This document shows positions 1-12,405 of a DNA stretch of 64,000 nt, piece by piece. Source of the DNA: Octopus bimaculoides. Taxonomy: Eukaryota. The position numbers and the translations under genes are program-made. The notes beneath the pieces are model-generated. The model ran no database searches. It saw nothing but the letters and a program-made list of their open reading frames with translations, and was not told the origin of the DNA. Location of the stretch: NCBI RefSeq assembly GCF_001194135.2, contig NC_068982.1, forward strand, positions 17,466,814-17,530,813. Direction: 5' to 3'. The stretch's first letter is position 1. Each line of letters begins with the position of its first letter.

Positions 1-8
1 TTTTGAGA

Positions 9-39
<31 letters not shown>

Positions 40-254
40 TATATGTATGTATGTATCTATGTATGTATGTGAGTGTGCTTATGCTTACAGTGTAGACATA
101 AAGGCATGCACAGGTTTTAAGTCAAAACCGGCAATTTAAGTAGAAATTGATAAAATAAACATCGAACTGAAGTATTAGGGCCAATACGATCGATTAATAC
201 TCAATCAAGCATGGTCACAGTTCAATTACTGAAACCAGTAAAAGAATATAAGAT

Positions 255-563
255 TTTGTTTTATTTCAGGATATTTTTGCCAAATAGACACATGCACTAT
301 ATATTCGTTCTTCACTTCAGATTAATTAATTTAAGTCCTTTGCCTGAAAATCTTGCGTCACACATCCTGTGACCTCTTCAGCGACTCTCCATCCCATGTG
401 TCTCCTCCTGTTCTGTTTACCTCATTCTTGATAGATTGGATTAAACAGACAAAGAATGTAAAATAAGAACAATAATAAATCTGAAGTGAAGAACGAATGT
501 ATAGTGCGTGTGCTTATTTGGTAAAAATAAAAAAAAAATGAACGTCCCGAAATATAACACACC
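255..563. mobile_element. MITE-like element with ~42-bp inverted repeats
   Basis: tttttgccaaatagacacatgcactatatattcgttcttcac (~274-316) is an imperfect reverse complement of gtgaagaacgaatgtatagtgcgtgtgcttatttggtaaaaa (~486-527). A related copy lies at ~52100-52315. Outer ends are uncertain. Confidence 0.5.
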
Positions 564-651
564 TTTACAAATCAGGAATCTTGTAAAACAAATAGATAAA
601 AGTAATAAAAGATTAAATTATTGAAGGAATATAAAAAATCTAAATACTCAC

Positions 652-863
652 AAGAGGATGAGCAGAATCTACGAACATGCTTCCTTGAGATTGACCAAAA
701 CCTTTTCCTATGGCTGGCAGATTAAATGCATCAAGGACACCTTCGTGACCTTGCACTTCACTATCAAAATCTGTGGACACTCCTGTTTCGGCGAAGCTCT
801 TCACTTTGACACTTGCGTAAGAACCAATCTTCCACATCGTGTAATTGTGGTCGTGTGTGCGTC
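652..863 (-). CDS. SPON2: Spondin-2/mindin-like protein, internal coding exon (middle of Spondin_N domain)
   Basis: Translates (G)RTHDHNYTMWKIGSYASVKVKSFAETGVSTDFDSEVQGHEGVLDAFNLPAIGKGFGQSQGSMFVDSAHPL, recognisably colinear with mindin [28 protein letters not shown]...[28 protein letters not shown]. Acceptor ttttgcttcaaag ends at 864; donor GTGAGT starts at 651. Length 212 bp (2+70 codons) matches the phase-1 donor of the upstream exon. The symbol means SPON2-like; orthology is not tested. Confidence 0.92.
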
Positions 864-1026
864 CTTTGAAGCAAAATAGTTAATTAGATTGAAAAATGAT
901 TGCGGCTGACAATGATGTTTCTTAATGGTATAAAAGGAGAGGAATTGACACAAGGAGTGATTGAAATGGTTAGGTAGAGAGAGGGTGAATGAGTGAGAGG
1001 GAGGTAGGGAGAAAGAGAGTGAGTGC

Positions 1027-1075
<49 letters not shown>

Positions 1076-1315
1076 CACAAACACAAATACACACACGTAC
1101 ACACACGCACACATACATACACACACATACATAAAGTGAATGTGAAAAAGATGGGAATGAATAAGTGAGAGATTGATAGATTGATAGAGAGAGGGAGAGG
1201 GAGAGAGAGAGAGAGCGGGAAAGAGGAAAAAAGACAGCAAAAGACAAAGAGAGGGAGAGAGGGCATACGTATTTGAAATGAAAAAACGAAAAATATAGAA
1301 GTGGGAGGGGGAACT

Positions 1316-1459
1316 GGTCATAGGATCGCGGTTTCGATTCCCAGACCGGCGTTGTGAGTGTTTATTGATCGAAAACACCTAAAGTTCCACGAGGCTCCGG
1401 CAGGGGTGTGGGGGGTGTGGCGGTGAACCCGGCTGTATTCTTTCACCACAACTTTCTAT
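1316..1459 (+). mobile_element. SINE family C, 5' part (runs into gap)
   Basis: ggtcataggatcgcggtttcgattcccagacc...gttgtgagtgtttattg...cacctaaag matches the full copy at 27751-28138. Confidence 0.8.
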
Positions 1460-2615
1460 NNNNNNNNNNNNNNNNNNNNNNNNNNNNNNNNNNNNNNNNN
1501 NNNNNNNNNNNNNNNNNNNNNNNNNNNNNNNNNNNNNNNNNNNNNNNNNNNNNNNNNNNNNNNNNNNNNNNNNNNNNNNNNNNNNNNNNNNNNNNNNNNN
1601 NNNNNNNNNNNNNNNNNNNNNNNNNNNNNNNNNNNNNNNNNNNNNNNNNNNNNNNNNNNNNNNNNNNNNNNNNNNNNNNNNNNNNNNNNNNNNNNNNNNN
1701 NNNNNNNNNNNNNNNNNNNNNNNNNNNNNNNNNNNNNNNNNNNNNNNNNNNNNNNNNNNNNNNNNNNNNNNNNNNNNNNNNNNNNNNNNNNNNNNNNNNN
1801 NNNNNNNNNNNNNNNNNNNNNNNNNNNNNNNNNNNNNNNNNNNNNNNNNNNNNNNNNNNNNNNNNNNNNNNNNNNNNNNNNNNNNNNNNNNNNNNNNNNN
1901 NNNNNNNNNNNNNNNNNNNNNNNNNNNNNNNNNNNNNNNNNNNNNNNNNNNNNNNNNNNNNNNNNNNNNNNNNNNNNNNNNNNNNNNNNNNNNNNNNNNA
2001 CAAGAGAGGGAGAGAGAGAGAGAGAGAGAGAAAGTATCAGAGAAGAAGAGAAATAAGAGGAGAGTTATTTGGTAAAAAAAATAGACAGTGGGCGATTCCA
2101 AAAAGAAGACAATTCTAAATTCCGATCTCAAATAAATAAACAAATAAATGAATAAATAAATAAAAGAAAAACAAAACAGTGTGACATTTGACTAAAGGAC
2201 ATCGACACACATTTTTGGAGAAGGGGTGACACTCGAATAAATATGTTCCATTCTTTGACGAATTCTATCAAGCACGGAAGGACGAATAGCTCGATGGGGA
2301 TTGAACCCAGTCCGCTTTTTAACAAAGCCTAGCATGGATTTTCTTCTAAAATTGCTAAATAAATCCTTTCTGCTATGGACACAAGACCTGAAACTTTGTG
2401 GGAAGGGGCTAGTCGATTACATCGACCCCAGTGCGTAATTANNNNNNNNNNNNNNNNNNNNNNNNNNNNNNNNNNNNNNNNNNNNNNNNNNNNNNNNNNN
2501 NNNNNNNNNNNNNNNNNNNNNNNNNNNNNNNNNNNNNNNNNNNNNNNNNNNNNNNNNNNNNNNNNNNNNNNNNNNNNNNNNNNNNNNNNNNNNNNNNNNN
2601 NNNNNNNNNNNNNNT

Positions 2616-2735
2616 CCACTCAGCTGGCAAAAATGAGTAACGCTGCGATGGACTGGCGTCCCGTCCAGCTGGGGAACACATACGCCATTGAAACCGGGAA
2701 ACCGGGCCTATGAGCCTGGCTAGGCTTTAAAATGG
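2616..2735 (+). mobile_element. SINE 3' part with V-domain-like tail
   Basis: ccactcagctggcaaaaatgagtaacgctgcgatggactggcgtcccgtccag resembles the V-SINE motif ctgcgatggactggcrtcccrtccag (recalled). A related copy lies at 50530-50745. Confidence 0.6.
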
Positions 2736-2754
2736 GCGCATTTATTATTATTTA

Positions 2755-2957
2755 CTAAAAGCACAAGCCCTGAAATTTGCGAGGAAGGGACCAGTCGACT
2801 GCATCGACTGTAGTGCTTCACTAGTACTTAATTTATCGATTCCGAAAGGATGAAAGGCAAAGTCGACCTCGGTGGAATTTGAACTCAACATGCAGACGGA
2901 CGAAATACCACTAAGTATTTTGTCCGGCGTGCTAACGATTCTGTCAGTTCGCCGTTT
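2755..2957 (-). mobile_element. SINE family A (tRNA-derived), full copy
   Basis: Reverse strand carries box A-like TGACAGAATCGTTAG, box B-like GAGTTCAAATTCC and the central gaggtcgactttgcctttcatcctttcgg...gataaattaagtac domain shared by more than 20 copies in the window. Confidence 0.85.
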
Positions 2958-3134
2958 AATTGCAAAATTAATAATCTCTTCTACGACAGGTACAAATCCT
3001 GAAGTTTTGGGAGAGGCAAGGTAAATCAATTACATCGACCTCAGTGCTCGCCTGGTACTTATTCTATCGACCCCGAAGGATAAAAGACAAAGTCCGCTGC
3101 CCTAACCACTGGGTCATTGCGCCTCCTTTACATA

Positions 3135-3350
3135 TAGTAACCTCTCGCCATATCGCAGTTCACCCATCGTAGTTTATTATTTAAGCTTACGTCGATTCCT
3201 CCGTGTTGTTGTTTTGAATTTATAATAAAATAAATCTATATAAATTATAAAAAAATATACAGTACAGTACTGCTTCTACTTTGCGGATTTTCACCTATTG
3301 CGTGGAGTTTTTTTGGAACGTAATACATCGCGATAGTCGAGGGATTGCTG
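3135..3350. mobile_element. pogo/Tigger-like MITE
   Basis: TA-flanked, with imperfect TIRs tagtaacctctcg...cgagggattgctg and internal tcgc-rich subterminal motifs typical of Tigger/MER2-like MITEs. Confidence 0.6.
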
Positions 3351-3644
3351 TATATCTAATAGACCGCGCCGACCACATAGAAACTATCTCGTTGGTTTAG
3401 AAGGAAATTAGTTTTAATTTGTTGTGAATGCGTGATTAATTAGATTAGGGATAATTAGTTATATCGTGAATAATTACAAATACAGTGAGGAACATCATAG
3501 AGCCAGATGTAAACTCACGCAGAGTCAAAGAAGGAACCACATGATCGTTTGAAGAAACATCAGGGTTGCTAGAAACAGCAGTAAAATCCCCATCAAACCA
3601 TACCATACAGTCTCAAAAATGGACGAATCCATTATTATTCTTGG

Positions 3645-4053
3645 ATTCTTTTAACTGTTTCAGTCATTAGACTGTGGGGGTGTTGGGGAGGGGTGGGGGG
3701 GGACAATGCTTTGAAGAATTTTAGTCGAACGAATCGACCCAGTGCTTAGCTTTTAAGGCCTGGCACTTATTATATCGGGCTGTCTTTGCTGAACCGCTAG
3801 GTTACGGGGACGTAAACGCACCAACATTGGTTGGGGTAGGGGACAAACACACACATAAACGCACACGCACACACACACACATACACACACATAAACACAC
3901 GCACACACGCATACGACGGGCTTCTTTCAGTTTCTGTTGACCAAATCCGGGGTTATAACAGAAAACACTTACCCAAGGTACCACGCAGTGGGATAGAACC
4001 CGGAATCACGTGGTTATGAAGAACATTTCCTACTACACAGTCATGTCTACACC
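3645..4053 (-). mobile_element. SINE family B, diverged copy
   Basis: Contains gaaccgctaggttacggggacgtaaacgcacc and gacgggcttctttcagtttc, the reverse complement of blocks in the 7247-7660 copy. Confidence 0.8.
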
Positions 4054-4834
4054 TACATAACAAGGTTTTCTTCGCAACCCTGTTCTCAGTAGTTTTAAGC
4101 TAAGACAACTTACTTTAGGGAAGTCATTCTGTTGAAAAGAAATCTAGAAGAAAGAACGTAAACCCGTATCTTCTGTAAGGTTAGACTCAAAGCCATGGCT
4201 ACGGAGGAGGCGACGGAATACAGAGTGTCTCAGGGTGATTGTGGAGTATAGAAGAACCATTGATATATTAACGATAATACCGGCACAATGGCTGTCGAGG
4301 AGATATATTAATAAAACAACAGCCGACAGGCACGATTTTATAGCTGTAGCTTTATCAAATCTCTCGGATATAATGTTCAGCCATTGAACCAAACGAGCAT
4401 TGTCAAATCTTATTTCATCTTACTTTATTTACATAAGATCTCAAAGAAGATCAGGAATTTGTTAATATAATAAACGAAAGACTCAAGTTTATTTATCACG
4501 GTAGATTCGAATAAAGTGTTCTATGTCAACGTGGTATTTGAGAATGAACAATTCAGGTGATAATACAAGCAAACACAAATGGAACTGATGTCGAAGAAAA
4601 TGCTTATCAAGTTAATGGTGATAAGGACATCGACGATGATAAGGACAGTTACTGAAATAATAATATTTTTGCATAGGTATAGAACCTGAAATTTTGAAGG
4701 AATTGGTTAATCAACACCTTCGACTCCAATACATGAGTGGTGTTTTATTTTATCGACCACGAAAGTACAGAAGGTAAATACCACGAGGCATTTTCCGACG
4801 CTCTAGCGATTTGGTCGATTCACTGCCCTTAATA

Positions 4835-5235
4835 ATGGCTTAAAATGTTGGCACGAAGTCAGTAATTTCGGGGGATTGGCTAAGTTGATTACATCGACCC
4901 CAATACTCAACTGGTAATTATTTTATCGGCCCTGAATGGATGAAAGGCAAAGTCGGCCTCGGCGTAATTTGAACTCAGAACGTAAAGACAAAATACCGCT
5001 AAGCATTTTTCTTGGTGCCTTAACGTTTCTTATTTCTTTATTGCCCACAAGGGGCTAAACATAGAGGGGACAAACAAGGACAGACAAAGGGATTAAGTCG
5101 ATTACATCGACCCCAGTTCTTAACTGGTACTTAATTTATCGACCCCTGAAAGGATGACAGGCAAAGTCGACCTCGGTGGAATTTGAACTGAGAACGTAAC
5201 GGTAGACGAAATACCGCAAATCATTTCGCCCGGCG
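4835..5235 (-). mobile_element. SINE family A head-to-tail dimer
   Basis: Two units (about 5027-5235 with tail type 1; about 4835-5026 with tail type 2) are joined at aagaaataagaaacgtt on the minus strand. Confidence 0.8.
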
Positions 5236-5860
5236 TAGCTTGCTTACCAACCACATNNNNNNNNNNNNNNNNNNNNNNNNNNNNNNNNNNNNNNNNNNNN
5301 NNNNNNNNNNNNNNNNNNNNNNNNNNNNNNNNNNNNNNNNNNNNNNNNNNNNNNNNNNNNNNNNNNNNNNNNNNNNNNNNNNNNNNNNNNNNNNNNNNNN
5401 NNNNNNNNNNNNNNNNNNNNNNNNNNNNNNNNNNNNNNNNNNNNNNNNNNNNNNNNNNNNNNNNNNNNNNNNNNNNNNNNNNNNNNNNNNNNNNNNNNNN
5501 NNNNNNNNNNNNNNNNNNNNNNNNNNNNNNNNNNNNNNNNNNNNNNNNNNNNNNNNNNNNNNNNNNNNNNNNNNNNNNNNNNNNNNNNNNNNNNNNNNNN
5601 NNNNNNNNNNNNNNNNNNNNNNNNNNNNNNNNNNNNNNNNNNNNNNNNNNNNNNNNNNNNNNNNNNNNNNNNNNNNNNNNNNNNNNNNNNNNNNNNNNNN
5701 NNNNNNNNNNNNNNGCTGGTGTGTTTATATCCCCGTAGAATAAGTACTAGGCTTACAAAGAATAAATCTTGGGGTCGATTTGCTCGACTAAAAGGCGGTG
5801 CTCCAGCATGGCCGCAGTCAAATGACAGAAACAAGTAAAAGAGTAAAAGAATAAAAGAGT
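5236..5860 (+). mobile_element. SINE family B spanning an N gap
   Basis: agcttgcttaccaaccacat lies before the gap; gctggtgtgtttat...gtaaaagagtaaaaga lies after it. Both match the 7247-7660 copy. Confidence 0.75.
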
Positions 5861-6343
5861 ACCTCAGATTAGTTTAAGACATTTTCCAGTTTTCGTTTTG
5901 TGTTGCTTGCTTTACTTTTCAAGAAAGCAGTCCTAAACACCTATATATAATACCTTGTCCCGTGTCTTCTCGGACCTGTTGCGACATGCTTATGGATAAT
6001 GATCCGCAAAACCAGGTGAGGAAATTTGGGATATTTCCATTTAATTTCCTGCGGTGATAAAGAAAATGAGTGTTGCCTCTTAACCAGGTTAGCGAAGCCA
6101 TTGACAGACGATTTGTTAGCCGCAGTGTTATAAAGAGCGTTAGTGTTACTACTGGGGACGCTGTTGTTGTTATGTGTGCTCCAGCATGGCCACACTTCAA
6201 AGAAAGTTGTTGCTGCTGTTCTTTTCTTTACTTTTGTCGTCGAATCATTGTTCTTATTACTGTCTCCATTATTTATTGCAGCGGTGGTGCTGCTGCCACT
6301 GCTGCCACTGCTGCTGTAAGTTCTTTTGTTTTTGCTGTCGTCG

Positions 6344-6382
<39 letters not shown>

Positions 6383-6515
6383 CTATTGGCATTGGGCGTG
6401 GTCGTGGAGATTTTGCTTAAAGGGAAGAAGGCCATGTCAAAATTGTAGCAAACGTTATTTATCCTGTCAAATATTTTCGGCACAACGTTTTGATTTTTTT
6501 TAAATGGGTACGCTC

Positions 6516-6516
<1 letters not shown>

Positions 6517-6596
<80 letters not shown>
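6517..6596. repeat. (GA)n microsatellite
   Basis: Directly visible. It is one of many (GA)n, (CA)n, (TA)n, (TATC)n, (TATG)n and (AAT)n tracts in the window. Confidence 0.98.
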
Positions 6597-6597
<1 letters not shown>

Positions 6598-6806
6598 GAA
6601 AAGAAATTCTGAGTTGAAGGGCAAAACAAAACGAGGCTGACCAGTCTACCTGGACCCTCGTCAGGTTCGCAAAAGAAAAACTTTTCAGATATAGACTTTT
6701 AAAACACAAATAAATCGAACAGACATTACGATCGATCGAAAGGTCATATTGTTTATACAGAAGCAATGATTATGATAATGATAATGACGATGACACCAAC
6801 AATAAG

Positions 6807-6856
<50 letters not shown>

Positions 6857-7176
6857 GCAAAAGGGGCCGATTCCTGCCTAGCTCAGATACCAGGAAACCC
6901 CCAAAATAGCAGAAATTCAAAAGATAGTGCTCATGGGAACTGCCCATCTCCTACGTAAAATATTGTCCATGTAATCTCAAATTTTAAAACAAACTCATAA
7001 TTTTCTTAAACATTTTCTAGAACAATACTATGTGCAAAACCAAATATATGACACCCTAGGCATAACACCAACACGAACTTCTAACTCGTTGTATCTTGAG
7101 GTCTCTGGGTGAGACTTGGAGTCAACTTGTACAAATACAAAGCAGAAGTCAAACATATAACAACAACAACAACAAC

Positions 7177-7246
<70 letters not shown>

Positions 7247-7660
7247 GGCGCAGGAGTGGCTGTGTGGTAAGTAGCTTACCTACCAACCACATGGTTCTGG
7301 GTTCAGTCTCACTGCGTGGCACCTTGGGCAAGTGTCTTCTACTATAACCTCGGGCCGACCAAATCCTTGTGAGTGGATTTGGTAGACGGAAGCTGGAAGA
7401 AGCCCGTCGTATATATGTATATATATATATTGTGTGTGTGTGTGTGTTTGTGTGTCTTTGTTTGTCACCCCAACATCGCTTGACAACCGATGCTGGTGTG
7501 TTTACGTCCCCGTAACTTAGCGGTTCGGCAAAAGAGACCGATAGAATAAGTACTAGGCTTACAAAGAATAAGTCCTGGGGTCGATATGCTCGACTAAAGG
7601 CGGTGCTCCAGCATGGCCGCAGTCAAATGACTGAAACAAGTAAAAGAGTAAAAGAGTAAG
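7247..7660 (+). mobile_element. SINE family B, full length (tRNA-like head, CORE-like accttgggcaagtgtctt, internal (TA)/(GT) tract, (AAAGAGT)n tail)
   Basis: Near-identical along its whole length to 61424-61838. It is preceded by an (AAC)n(AAT)n tract at 7156-7246. Confidence 0.9.
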
Positions 7661-7925
7661 AGTATAGTAATAATAATCAGAATTCAAATTTTGACAAAAG
7701 ATCAGCTATGTTTTAGGAGGAGGGTATTAGAACTAAGCGCTTGTCTGGTACTATATTTTAGTTTAGAGGCTCCTAAAAGATGAAAGGCAAAGCTGACCTC
7801 GCCAGGATATGAATTCATAACATGAAGATCTGTAACTAAAACATGGAAATTCATTTTGTCCGACACCATAACGATTGTGTAAAGCAACAATAACAACAAC
7901 GCTAAAGACGACGACGATGACCTCG

Positions 7926-8025
7926 GCGACAACAACAACAACAGCAACAACAACAACAGCAACAACAACAACAGCAACAACAACAACAGCAACAACAACA
8001 ACAGCAACAACAACAGCAACAACAT
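7926..8025. repeat. 12-bp (AACAACAACAGC)n repeat
   Basis: Directly visible regular interruption of an (AAC)n tract. Confidence 0.9.
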
Positions 8026-8330
8026 CCTGGAAACATGAAAGCTGTAGGTCAAGAGAGCTGGTTAAGTTGACTCCAAGTGAAATGTAAATACGAGATGAAG
8101 TAAAGTCTGTTCTGTTTGAAGAATACTTTCAATAAGTCAACAGTTTGGTGATTAAAGTAAGTGGCGATCAATGAAGTCATTACCTAATTACTTCCAGCTA
8201 ATTATCTACGTGACCAACCAACAGGAAAAATATACATATACACATATACTCATGCATACATACTTACATGCATTCGTGCATACACACATGCATAGTTGTT
8301 GTTGCTGTTGTTATCATTATCATTATAATG

Positions 8331-8692
8331 ACCGCCGCCTTAGCGAAGGCGGAAGTATTGTTTTTCAGTCGTATTTGTTTGTTTCTTTGTTTGTCCGTAG
8401 ACAAGATATCTCAAGAACCGCTGGATGGATTCGAATGAAACTTTCAGGGATGTTTGTCCCAGTGACTGGCACGAACTGATTAGATTTTGGAATCGATCCA
8501 GTAATGGACAAGGATTCTGGATTGTTTTTCCTGTTTCCTTTTTTACTTAATTTTTGAGAGCGGTCGGGTTCATTTTTAGCATTCTCGTTTGTGAGAGCAG
8601 TCGAGTTTATTTCAGATATTCCCATTAAAAAAAATCATCCCTGGTTAATCGTTGAGAGAGGACATTGGTGTGGCTCTCTGAGTGCTCTTGTT
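8331..8692 (+). mobile_element. Non-autonomous Helentron/HINE-like element
   Basis: 5' hairpin ccgcctt-agcg-aaggcgg (8335-8352), then a (gttt)-type tract, aagaaccgctggatggattcgaatgaaactt...gattagattttgg, and a 3' end gctctctgagtgctcttgtt. No TSD is visible. The layout matches DINE-1/HINE-type elements (recalled). Confidence 0.55.
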
Positions 8693-9104
8693 ACTATTAT
8701 TATGGAGATACTTTTCGGATCACAAAAGAAGACATCTCGATGCAAATATCAATGTATGGAAACGAAAGAGTACAAAAGAGATTACAGAAATGATGCTTCA
8801 TCTTACGCTTAATATGCAAAACTAGCTGGCCCCGTGCCATAAAAAATGACGGCCAATTGTAGCATTTTATATATAAATATGGATGGTCAATCAAATTAAT
8901 ACACTTGTCAATGTTATCTAGTGGTTGTCTTTTGAGATGTGGCATCGATCCTCATTTGTTACTGAAAAAACTCTGGTTCACACATACAAACATTCACATA
9001 CTTCTCTTGTTCACGCACACACATACATACATACACTCACACGGAGTTGAAACGCTGTTTGATTTTCCTTTTCAGCGTTGAATGTTCACCATCTCACTTC
9101 CATT

Positions 9105-9227
<123 letters not shown>

Positions 9228-9589
9228 ATTAATGTTCAGGAAGGAAAATGTGAATGAGATAAATTAACTTTGTTAAAGATCAGTATTGACAGATCTTGAG
9301 CCATTGAGAGATATACAGCACAAACAGCACAAACAGCACACGAAGTGAGGGTGCGGCAGAAAGTTTCCATTCTGAGAGTTGAAGCATGACTGACGCCCAC
9401 GGGTAGAGAGATTAGCTACAAGATTCTCGTGGCATATGTGACATAATTTTAGTAGATGTGACTCTTCACAAACGTACTGATGGTTACTGAAGATGGAGAG
9501 TGATCAAAGTGTTAGAGAAGATTGTTAAGTACAATTTCAATCATTTTTCAGCTGTTGAATTCAAATAAACAAAACAATCCTAAAAATGT

Positions 9590-9775
9590 AACTCCAAGGT
9601 TGCGAGTTCGATTCCCGGCGGCGTGTTGTGTCCTTGGGTAAGGCACTTTATTTCATGTTGCTCCTGTCTACTCAGCTAGCAAAAACCAGTTGTACATGTA
9701 ATTCAAAGGGTGAACTTTGTCACATTCTGTGTCACGCTTAAACTCCTTGAGAACTACGAGGATGTACTGAAATGT
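9590..9775 (+). mobile_element. SINE with CORE-type head and family-C tail
   Basis: gagttcgattcccggcggcgtgttgtgtccttgggtaaggcacttt is followed by gtaattcaaagggtgaactttgtcacattctgtgtcacgc...gagaactacg. Confidence 0.65.
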
Positions 9776-9849
9776 TCATAGGCTGATTATGAAGGAGTGA
9801 TGCTAGAGCTGTGAAATGTTGCAGGCATTAATTTCAGCTCTTCTTATTA

Positions 9850-10070
9850 AGGCGGCTAGCTGACCGATTCGTTAGCACACTGAGCAAAATGCATAGCGGC
9901 ATTTCGTCCGTCTTTACATTCTGAATTCAAATTCCACCGACGTCGACTTTGCCTTTCATCTTTTCAGAGTCGATAAAATAAGTATCAGTAGAACACTGGG
10001 GGTCGATGTACCCGACTTATTCGCTCCAAAGAATTGCTGGCCTTGTGCCCAAATTTGAAACGAGTATTTA
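9850..10070 (+). mobile_element. SINE family A
   Basis: ttcgttagcacactgagcaaaatgcatagcggcatttcgtcc...gtcgactttgcctttcatc...tggggtcgatg, with tail type 2. Confidence 0.8.
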
Positions 10071-10169
10071 AGGAAATACCAACTCTTTGTTTACGATGAA
10101 TTACGATGACAGTGTTGCTGCTACATACAAGCATCTAAAACTACATCCAACAAAAGGGGCCGATTAGTT

Positions 10170-10310
10170 AGCAAGGGCTCACTCACCAACGCACTATCAC
10201 TTTTGGTCTACAGATACATTGTCTGCTCTCTCTACCTTCTATATCCCTATTGCAGGCACTGCTCCTCTGAACTAGTTAAGGTGTGTACTACCTCGCTCAC
10301 GCCAAGCATT
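10170..10310 (+). mobile_element. CR1/L2-like LINE, 3' fragment
   Basis: Translates YRYIVCSLYLLYPYCRHCSSELV, similar to the HRRxVASLSLFYRYxxGxCSSEL motif near CR1/L2 ORF2 ends (recalled). Confidence 0.45.
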
Positions 10311-10626
10311 ACTGAGCGATGTTAGAGCTGTTCGCGTTCAATTTCAGTTCTCGATTTCTACCTTCGGGTGACATTTGAATTCAGAGCGAAAGAGCCGTCG
10401 CTAAATCCCTACAAAGAAGCGCGTCAATATGGTCGCTTGACCTGCTGGAAATAGTAATCAAATACCCCTTGAATCAGACAATCGTCTAAGAAAAAAGGAA
10501 CCGTTGCACAATGTGGTTGTAGGTTTCCTGCACATAGGAAAACGACGGGATAGTCACGCCTGGTTCATAAATCTGCTCTATCAGGGCGCATCTGGTGCTA
10601 AACAACAACAACAACAACAACTACTA

Positions 10627-10658
<32 letters not shown>

Positions 10659-10907
10659 ACTGATGCTGCTGCTGCTCTCATGCCTCCTCGTCACTCCTAC
10701 CGTGTCTCACTACCAAGACTTCGTACCAACTACTTGCCCATTCCTTCCTCTACCGAGAATTCATTTGGTCGAGAAAAACATGTGGTTTGAGAAAAATATA
10801 GTTTCTATTTTCAGCTGACTGAGTGACCGCATCATAGCTCACTCGCTAGGTCATCCGTTTAAAGTATTATCTATATGAGTTATTTTATTGAGCTCAACTC
10901 TGGAAGC

Positions 10908-11024
<117 letters not shown>

Positions 11025-11905
11025 TACAAATAAACATACACACATCAACTATATAGTGTTTATATTTCTTACAGATGGAAACTTTGCAATCTAATGGTGC
11101 CAGTTTACAGACTAGTGCGCTGAGCCACTGAACTGAATGTCAAGTGTTATAAACGAAGATGTGAGCACCGAGCCAGCAGTCTGACGACTTAATGACACGG
11201 ATAGATGCCGTTCTGTCACGCCAGACAGATGAAACCCGTGTGTAAGAGTCAGGCATTTCACTTAAAAACCTAAAAGCAAGCAAAAAAATAACAACAACTA
11301 GAACTGCATCAAAACAACAACAACAACAAAAGATCTAAATCAAATTTCAATCAACCATAAAAATAACACACTTTCAAACCATCATCACAACTTGAAACTC
11401 TGTGATGTACAACAAAAACAAAAAAGACGATGAAAATATATATCCTATTTTAGTATACATCTAAAGAAAATCTTGCATTATCTCGCTACACATGGCTGAA
11501 TAGAAGTGGTTTTCACCTGATACTTATTTGCAGGTGCAAGTGCATGGAAACGATACAGTTATGCAAGCTACCGCCATATCGTAAAAGAATTTGCTGTGTC
11601 TCACTAGACACACGTCTGTATATTTGCCTTTGTAAATTAACCGTGAATCTCTGGTTTTACTCCAACCCACTTGTTAAATATTTCAGTCGGTGTATTGAAG
11701 TGGCGATGACATTTACCAAGCAGCTTGGCTCTTACATTCTCGTTTCTGTTCTTTTTTTAACGCTCTGCCTTGCACTTTTACTCTCTGGGTTCACTTACGA
11801 TAGAATAATAAACATGTGTATTAATATTATCAAAGCATTCTCAATGTTCGACAGAGGAAGGTTGTTTGTAACTGATACCATATCATGCTGTACAACTACT
11901 GCACT

Positions 11906-11944
<39 letters not shown>

Positions 11945-12267
11945 NNNNNNNNNNNNNNNNNNNNNNNNNNNNNNNNNNNNNNNNNNNNNNNNNNNNNNNN
12001 NNNNNNNNNNNNNNNNNNNNNNNNNNNNNNNNNNNNNNNNNNNNNNNNNNNNNNNNNNNNNNNNNNNNNNNNNNNNNNNNNNNNNNNNNNNNNNNNNNNN
12101 NNNNNNNNNNNNNNNNNNNNNNNNNNNNNNNNNNNNNNNNNNNNNNNNNNNNNNNNNNNNNNNNNNNNNNNNNNNNNNNNNNNNNNNNNNNNNNNNNNNN
12201 NNNNNNNNNNNNNNNNNNNNNNNNNNNNNNNNNNNNNNNNNNNNNNNNNNNNNNNNNNNNNNNNNNN

Positions 12268-12301
<34 letters not shown>

Positions 12302-12339
12302 TATATATATACACACACACGCATATATATGTATGTATG

Positions 12340-12405
<66 letters not shown>

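Noticed and set aside
801-1378. Long minus-strand ORFs (148-164 aa) next to the spondin exon
   Set aside because: They are built from (CT)n/(GT)n microsatellites. The same applies to the many HTHT, CVCV, YIYI and LSIY ORFs across the window.
1379-2143. ORFs of 150-400 aa spanning N runs (also at 5.2, 11.5, 17, 32, 39, 41.6, 51, 54 and 56 kb)
   Set aside because: They stay open only because N gaps contain no stop codons.
4150-4420. More GC-rich block with partial open frames
   Set aside because: All plus frames contain stops and I recognise no motif; left unassigned.
5941-6624. 227-aa minus-strand ORF with poly-Asn/Ser
   Set aside because: It consists of (GA)n, (AAC)n and (AGC)n tracts plus a SINE fragment, with no domain and no ATG-supported gene structure.
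7247-7320. tRNA-like sequences with A/B boxes (also 27751, 46984, 48705)
   Set aside because: These are SINE heads that continue into family bodies; there is no complete cloverleaf.
7875-8087. CAG/CAA pattern resembling a polyQ exon
   Set aside because: It is a simple-repeat tract antisense within an intron, with no flanking coding sequence.
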